Origin: Longivirga aurantiaca
GTDB lineage: Bacteria > Actinomycetota > Actinomycetes > S36-B12 > CAIYMF01
NCBI RefSeq assembly: GCF_042660085.1
Contig: NZ_JBHSTI010000008.1
Location: forward strand, 1,479,876-1,511,875
Length of the DNA stretch: 32,000 nt
Direction: 5' to 3'
The position numbers and the translations under genes are program-made. This document shows, piece after piece, positions 25,890 through 32,000 of this stretch (position 1 is the first letter of the stretch; each line of letters opens with the position of its first letter). The notes beneath the pieces were generated by a model. It was not told where the DNA came from. It searched no databases and was given only the letters and a program-made list of their open reading frames with translations.

Positions 25890-26546
25890 CTACCAGCCGC
25901 GGTCGCGCCACTCGGCGAGGTGGGGCCGCTCGGCGCCGAGGGTCGTGTCCTTGCCGTGGCCCGGGTAGACCCAGGTCTCGTCCGGCAGGACGTCGAAGAG
26001 CTTGCTGACCACGTCTGCGTACAGGCTGTCGAACCGCGACGCGTCGCCCCAGGTGTTGCCCACGCCCCCGGGGAAGAGCGAGTCGCCGGTGAAGACGTGC
26101 GGCGCACCGGTGGGGTCGTCGTACACGAGCGCCACGGAGCCGGGGGTGTGCCCCTTCAGGTGCACCACCCGCAGCCGTGCGTCGCCCACCGCGACGAGGT
26201 CGCCCTCGGCCAGCATGCGCGTGACGGGCACCTCGATGTCGGGGGCGTCGTCGGCGTGGGCGAGGTGCTCCGCCCCGGTGGCGGCGAGCACGTCGGCGAG
26301 CGCCTGCCAGTGGTCCCTATGCCCGTGCGTGGTGACCACGGCGTCGAGGCCGTCCTCGCCGACGAGGTCGAGCAGCGCGGAGGCGTCGGCGGCCGCGTCG
26401 AGCAGCACCTGGCGCCCGGTGGCCGTGCAGCGCAGGAGGTACGCGTTGTTGTCGTACGGCCCGACGGCCAGCTTGCTGATGACGAGGTCACGCAGCTCGC
26501 GCACGGCTGCGGGCCCACCCACGGTGACGTTCCCGGTGTAGCTCAC
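25890..26546 (-). CDS. MBL-fold metallo-hydrolase (glyoxalase-II-like)
   Basis: VSYTGNVTVGGPAAVRELRDLVISKLAVGPYDNNAYLLRC...VVTTHGHRDHWQALADVLAATGAEHLAHADDAP...LRVVHLKGHTPGSVALVYDDPTGAPHVFTGDSLFPGGVGNTWGDASRF...VYPGHGKDTTLG. THxHxDH motif variant; GTG start at 26546. Confidence 0.92.
   Translation of the reverse strand: MSYTGNVTVGGPAAVRELRDLVISKLAVGPYDNNAYLLRCTATGRQVLLDAAADASALLDLVGEDGLDAVVTTHGHRDHWQALADVLAATGAEHLAHADDAPDIEVPVTRMLAEGDLVAVGDARLRVVHLKGHTPGSVALVYDDPTGAPHVFTGDSLFPGGVGNTWGDASRFDSLYADVVSKLFDVLPDETWVYPGHGKDTTLGAERPHLAEWRDRGW
25892..26075. repeat. Right copy of 184-bp direct repeat (partner 21159-21342), inside the intact MBL gene
   Basis: See left copy; offset of 4733 bp is constant across the whole match, so no indels. 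Confidence 0.93.
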
Positions 26547-26598
26547 CCGCCGAACGTACCGAGCGGCCGAGGCCACGTCACGCCGGACGGGACGCGCG

Positions 26599-26922
26599 TC
26601 ACTCGCCCGCGGCGACGATCCAGACCTTGCGCAGCGTCTCGGTGATCTCCCACGACGTGATGTCGCCCGCGTGGAGCACGCCGACGACGCCGGGAGCGAG
26701 GTCGATGCGACCGCCGTTCTGGCAGGTGACCACCCCGCGGCCGGACAGCACCACGAACATCTCGTCGCCGAAGTCGCCGGTCGAGGTGCCGACCTCGTGC
26801 ACCCAGACGCCTGACTCGAGCCCGGCCCCCGCGAAGCCCTCGCCGATACCGGTGGGTGCACTGCCGTCCGCAGGCACGGCCAGGGAGACGTCGACGGCAG
26901 GGGCGAGGAAGCTGCTGATCAT
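26599..26922 (-). CDS. Cupin-domain protein
   Basis: 107 aa: ...SGVWVHEVGTSTGDFGDEMFVVLSGRGVVTCQNGGRIDLAPGVVGVLHAGDITSWEITETLRKVWIVAAGE; single cupin beta-barrel pattern. Confidence 0.85.
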   Translation of the reverse strand: MISSFLAPAVDVSLAVPADGSAPTGIGEGFAGAGLESGVWVHEVGTSTGDFGDEMFVVLSGRGVVTCQNGGRIDLAPGVVGVLHAGDITSWEITETLRKVWIVAAGE

Positions 26923-26947
26923 GCGCCAACGCTAGGGGGTGCGTGGT

Positions 26948-27622
26948 TCACCACGCGGGCGGCTCACCGGGGTCCGAGCCGTCGATGCCGCGGACCGACT
27001 CATAGGCGCCTCGGCCGAGGCGCCACGCCACGACCTCGGCGAGGTCGCCCGTCACCGCCGGCGCCGAGCCGCGGCCGTCGAGGAAGTCGACCATCCGCTC
27101 CACGAACGGCTGCGGCCAGTCCGAGGGCTCCAGGCCGGCGTCGAGGTCGAGATGGTGGATCTCGACCTCGCGGAGGCGTGCCCACCCCAGGGTCCAGGCC
27201 GGCACATCGGGGACAGCGCCCGGCGGGGGCGCACCGAACAGCAGCAGCCGCCAGAGCGCCGCGTCGTCGGCGTCGACCAGGCGGGACATGGCTGCAGCGA
27301 GCGCGTCGGCGCTCTCGAGCAGGAGGGTGCGCAGGGCGGCGGAAGGCAGGGCCGCGGCCTCCTCGATCCCGGCGGCGCGCGCCTCGGGCGACGGGTACAT
27401 GGGGGAGGGTCGACCGGTCAGCGCCCAGGCCACGAGGTTGACCATCCCCTCGGCGTTGCGCGCCACATGGGCCACGACGTGGGCGCGCGACCAGCCCGGG
27501 AGCAGGGAGGGCCCGGAGAGGTCCGGATCGGTGAGCCCGTCGACACGCTGCGTGAGCCGGGAGGTGGCCTCGGTTACCTGGACGAGGTCGGCTGCCAGTG
27601 TCTCGTGCGGTGAGGAGGTCAC
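26948..27622 (-). CDS. Maleylpyruvate isomerase family mycothiol-dependent enzyme (MDMPI/DinB-like)
   Basis: 224 aa: VTEATSRLTQRVDGLTDPDLSGPSLLPGWSRAHVVAHVARNAEGMVNLVAWALTGRPSPMYPSPEARAAGIEEAAAL...LREVEIHHLDLDAGLEPSDWP. Confidence 0.9.
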   Translation of the reverse strand: MTSSPHETLAADLVQVTEATSRLTQRVDGLTDPDLSGPSLLPGWSRAHVVAHVARNAEGMVNLVAWALTGRPSPMYPSPEARAAGIEEAAALPSAALRTLLLESADALAAAMSRLVDADDAALWRLLLFGAPPPGAVPDVPAWTLGWARLREVEIHHLDLDAGLEPSDWPQPFVERMVDFLDGRGSAPAVTGDLAEVVAWRLGRGAYESVRGIDGSDPGEPPAW

Positions 27623-27738
27623 CTGGACGACGCTAGCCGCCTCCCGGCGCCTGCGTGGGAATGTGGCCGTCGGAGGTCCTCGTTAGCCTGACCCCGGACG
27701 CCTGCGTCCGACCGCACCCCCGATGGACAGGATCTCTG

Positions 27739-30675
<2,937 letters not shown>

Positions 30676-30718
30676 CGAGCACGCCGTCGGCACCACGCCC
30701 CACACACGAGGAGATCCG

Positions 30719-31162
30719 ATGACCGACCAGATCGCTCCCACCCGCCGCCAGGTCCTGCTGACCTCCGGCACCGTCGTCGCCGCCGCTGCGGTCACCGCCG
30801 CGTGCGGCAGCAGCGACAGCGGGTCCGGATCCGGGTCCGGGTCCGGGTCCGGATCCGGGTCCTCCGCGCCGCCGGCCGGCGCGACCGTCAAGACCGCCGA
30901 CGTGCCCGTCGGCGGCGGCGCGATCGTCAAGGACGCCAAGGTGGTGGTGACCCAGCCGCAGGAGGGCACCTTCAAGGCGTTCAGCGCCGTCTGCACCCAC
31001 CAGGGCTGTGTCGTGTCGTCCGTGGCCGACGGATCGATCACCTGCGCCTGCCACGGCAGCGTCTTCTCGGCTGCGGACGGCTCCGTCACCCAGGGCCCCG
31101 CGAAGAGCCCCCTCGCCGAGCTCACCGCTACCGTCTCGGGCGACACGATCACCGTCGCATGA
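30719..31162 (+). CDS. Rieske (2Fe-2S) protein with Tat-like signal and lipobox-like cysteine
   Basis: MTDQIAPTRRQVLLTSGTVVAAAAVTAACGSSDSGSGSGSGSGSGSGSS...AVCTHQGCVVSSVADGSITCACHGSVFSAADGSV. CTHxGC and CxCHGS cluster-binding boxes. Confidence 0.93.
   Translation: MTDQIAPTRRQVLLTSGTVVAAAAVTAACGSSDSGSGSGSGSGSGSGSSAPPAGATVKTADVPVGGGAIVKDAKVVVTQPQEGTFKAFSAVCTHQGCVVSSVADGSITCACHGSVFSAADGSVTQGPAKSPLAELTATVSGDTITVA
30821..30862. repeat. Hexanucleotide tandem repeat (GGGTCC/GGATCC x7) coding for a Gly-Ser linker
   Basis: Direct read: GGGTCC GGATCC GGGTCC GGGTCC GGGTCC GGATCC GGGTCC, in frame as (GS)7. Confidence 0.9.
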
Positions 31163-31188
31163 CCCCTGTCCTGGAGGGCTGACCCCGC

Positions 31189-32000
31189 GTGGCCGACCCC
31201 GCGACCTACCGGCCGGCGCCGGGCGAGATCCCAGACTCGCCCGGCGTCTACCGGTTCCGCGACCAGCACGGTCGCGTCGTCTACGTCGGCAAGGCCAAGA
31301 GCCTGCGCAGCCGGCTCGGCTCGTACTTCCAGGACCTCTCCGCACTGCACGTGCGCACGCAGGCCATGGTCACCACCGCGGCCTCGGTCGACTGGGTCAC
31401 CGTCGACACCGAGGTCGAGGCCCTGCAGCTCGAGTACTCCTGGATCAAGGAGTACGACCCCCGCTTCAACGTCCGCTACCGCGACGACAAGAGCTACCCC
31501 TACCTCGCCGTCACGCTCGACGAGGAGTACCCGCGCATCACGGTCATGCGCGGGGCCAAGCGCAAGGGCGTGCGCTACTTCGGCCCCTACGCGCACGCCT
31601 GGGCGATCCGGGAATCGGTCGACCTCCTGCTCCGGGTGTTCCCGGCGCGCACCTGCAGCGCGGGCGTCTTCAAGCGGCACGGTCAGATCGGCCGGCCGTG
31701 CCTGCTCGGCTACATCGGGAAGTGCTCGGCGCCCTGCGTCGGCCGGGTGGACGCCGCCGAGCACCGCCGCATCGTCGAGGACTTCTGCTCGTTCCTCTCC
31801 GGCCAGACCACGGCGTACACCAAGCGGGTCGAGCGCGAGATGAAGGCGGCCGCAGCCGAGCTCGACTACGAGCGCGCTGCGCGCCTGCGCGACGACCTCC
31901 GCGCCCTCGAACGTGCGCTGGAGAAGAACGCCGTCGTCCTCGGCGACGGCACCGACGCCGACGTCATCGGCCTCGTCGACGACGAGCTCGAGGCCGCCGT
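31189..32000 (+). CDS. uvrC: Excinuclease ABC subunit UvrC (3' end outside window)
   Basis: [116 protein letters not shown]...[38 protein letters not shown] domain. Not in the ORF track because no stop lies in the window. Confidence 0.98.
   Translation, partial: MADPATYRPAPGEIPDSPGVYRFRDQHGRVVYVGKAKSLRSRLGSYFQDLSALHVRTQAMVTTAASVDWVTVDTEVEALQLEYSWIKEYDPRFNVRYRDDKSYPYLAVTLDEEYPRITVMRGAKRKGVRYFGPYAHAWAIRESVDLLLRVFPARTCSAGVFKRHGQIGRPCLLGYIGKCSAPCVGRVDAAEHRRIVEDFCSFLSGQTTAYTKRVEREMKAAAAELDYERAARLRDDLRALERALEKNAVVLGDGTDADVIGLVDDELEAA

Noticed and set aside
21343-25891. Complete anti-phage defence system or integrase in the island
   Set aside because: I looked for recombinase, nuclease, methyltransferase, ATPase, TIR, reverse-transcriptase and toxin motifs in all listed frames and recognised none. 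Calling it a defence system would be unsupported.
21159-26075. tRNA gene as integration target
   Set aside because: No tRNA-like cloverleaf or T-loop sequence was recognised near either repeat. The repeated sequence is clearly protein-coding MBL DNA.
25388-26645. Plus-strand ORFs 25388..26008, 25920..26645 and 26002..26541 over the MBL gene
   Set aside because: Antisense to the intact MBL hydrolase with its conserved THGHRDH region. No independent support.

Overview
This is a high-GC actinobacterial chromosome segment, probably Cellulomonas-like or another member of the Micrococcales (inference from protein style and gene order). The left part (about 0.4-14 kb) looks like an envelope or surface-glycan locus. 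It holds an AraC regulator, a flippase-like protein, two large membrane proteins (the 1357-aa one resembles the AftD/DUF3367 family), a DUF2613-like micro-protein, a GT4 glycosyltransferase, four SAM methyltransferases and a DUF3068-like protein. The middle and right are a housekeeping block: rpsA, coaE, uvrB, two tandem terC paralogues, MBL hydrolase, cupin, MDMPI-like protein, uvrA, Rieske protein and uvrC (truncated by the window edge). The most unusual region is about 21.16-26.07 kb. There, a roughly 4.7-kb accessory segment inside the uvrB/uvrA block is bounded by a 184-bp, near-identical direct repeat (3 mismatches by eye) of the 3' end of the MBL-fold gene. It resembles a degenerate integrative or phage-derived island. 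It carries a possible terminase-small-subunit tail, overlapping small ORFs, two diverged paralogous ~58-aa micro-ORFs missed by the supplied ORF track, a collagen-like secreted protein, an orphan lipoprotein and a frame-disrupted gene. Other notable structures are an 18-bp tandem repeat that begins exactly at the uvrB stop codon and re-creates an in-frame stop in each unit, a hexanucleotide repeat encoding a Gly-Ser linker in the Rieske lipoprotein, and a 28-bp perfect palindrome after rpsA. I found no CRISPR array, tRNA, rRNA, integrase or complete recognisable defence system. The island is the best candidate for something undescribed, but its function cannot be assigned from sequence alone.
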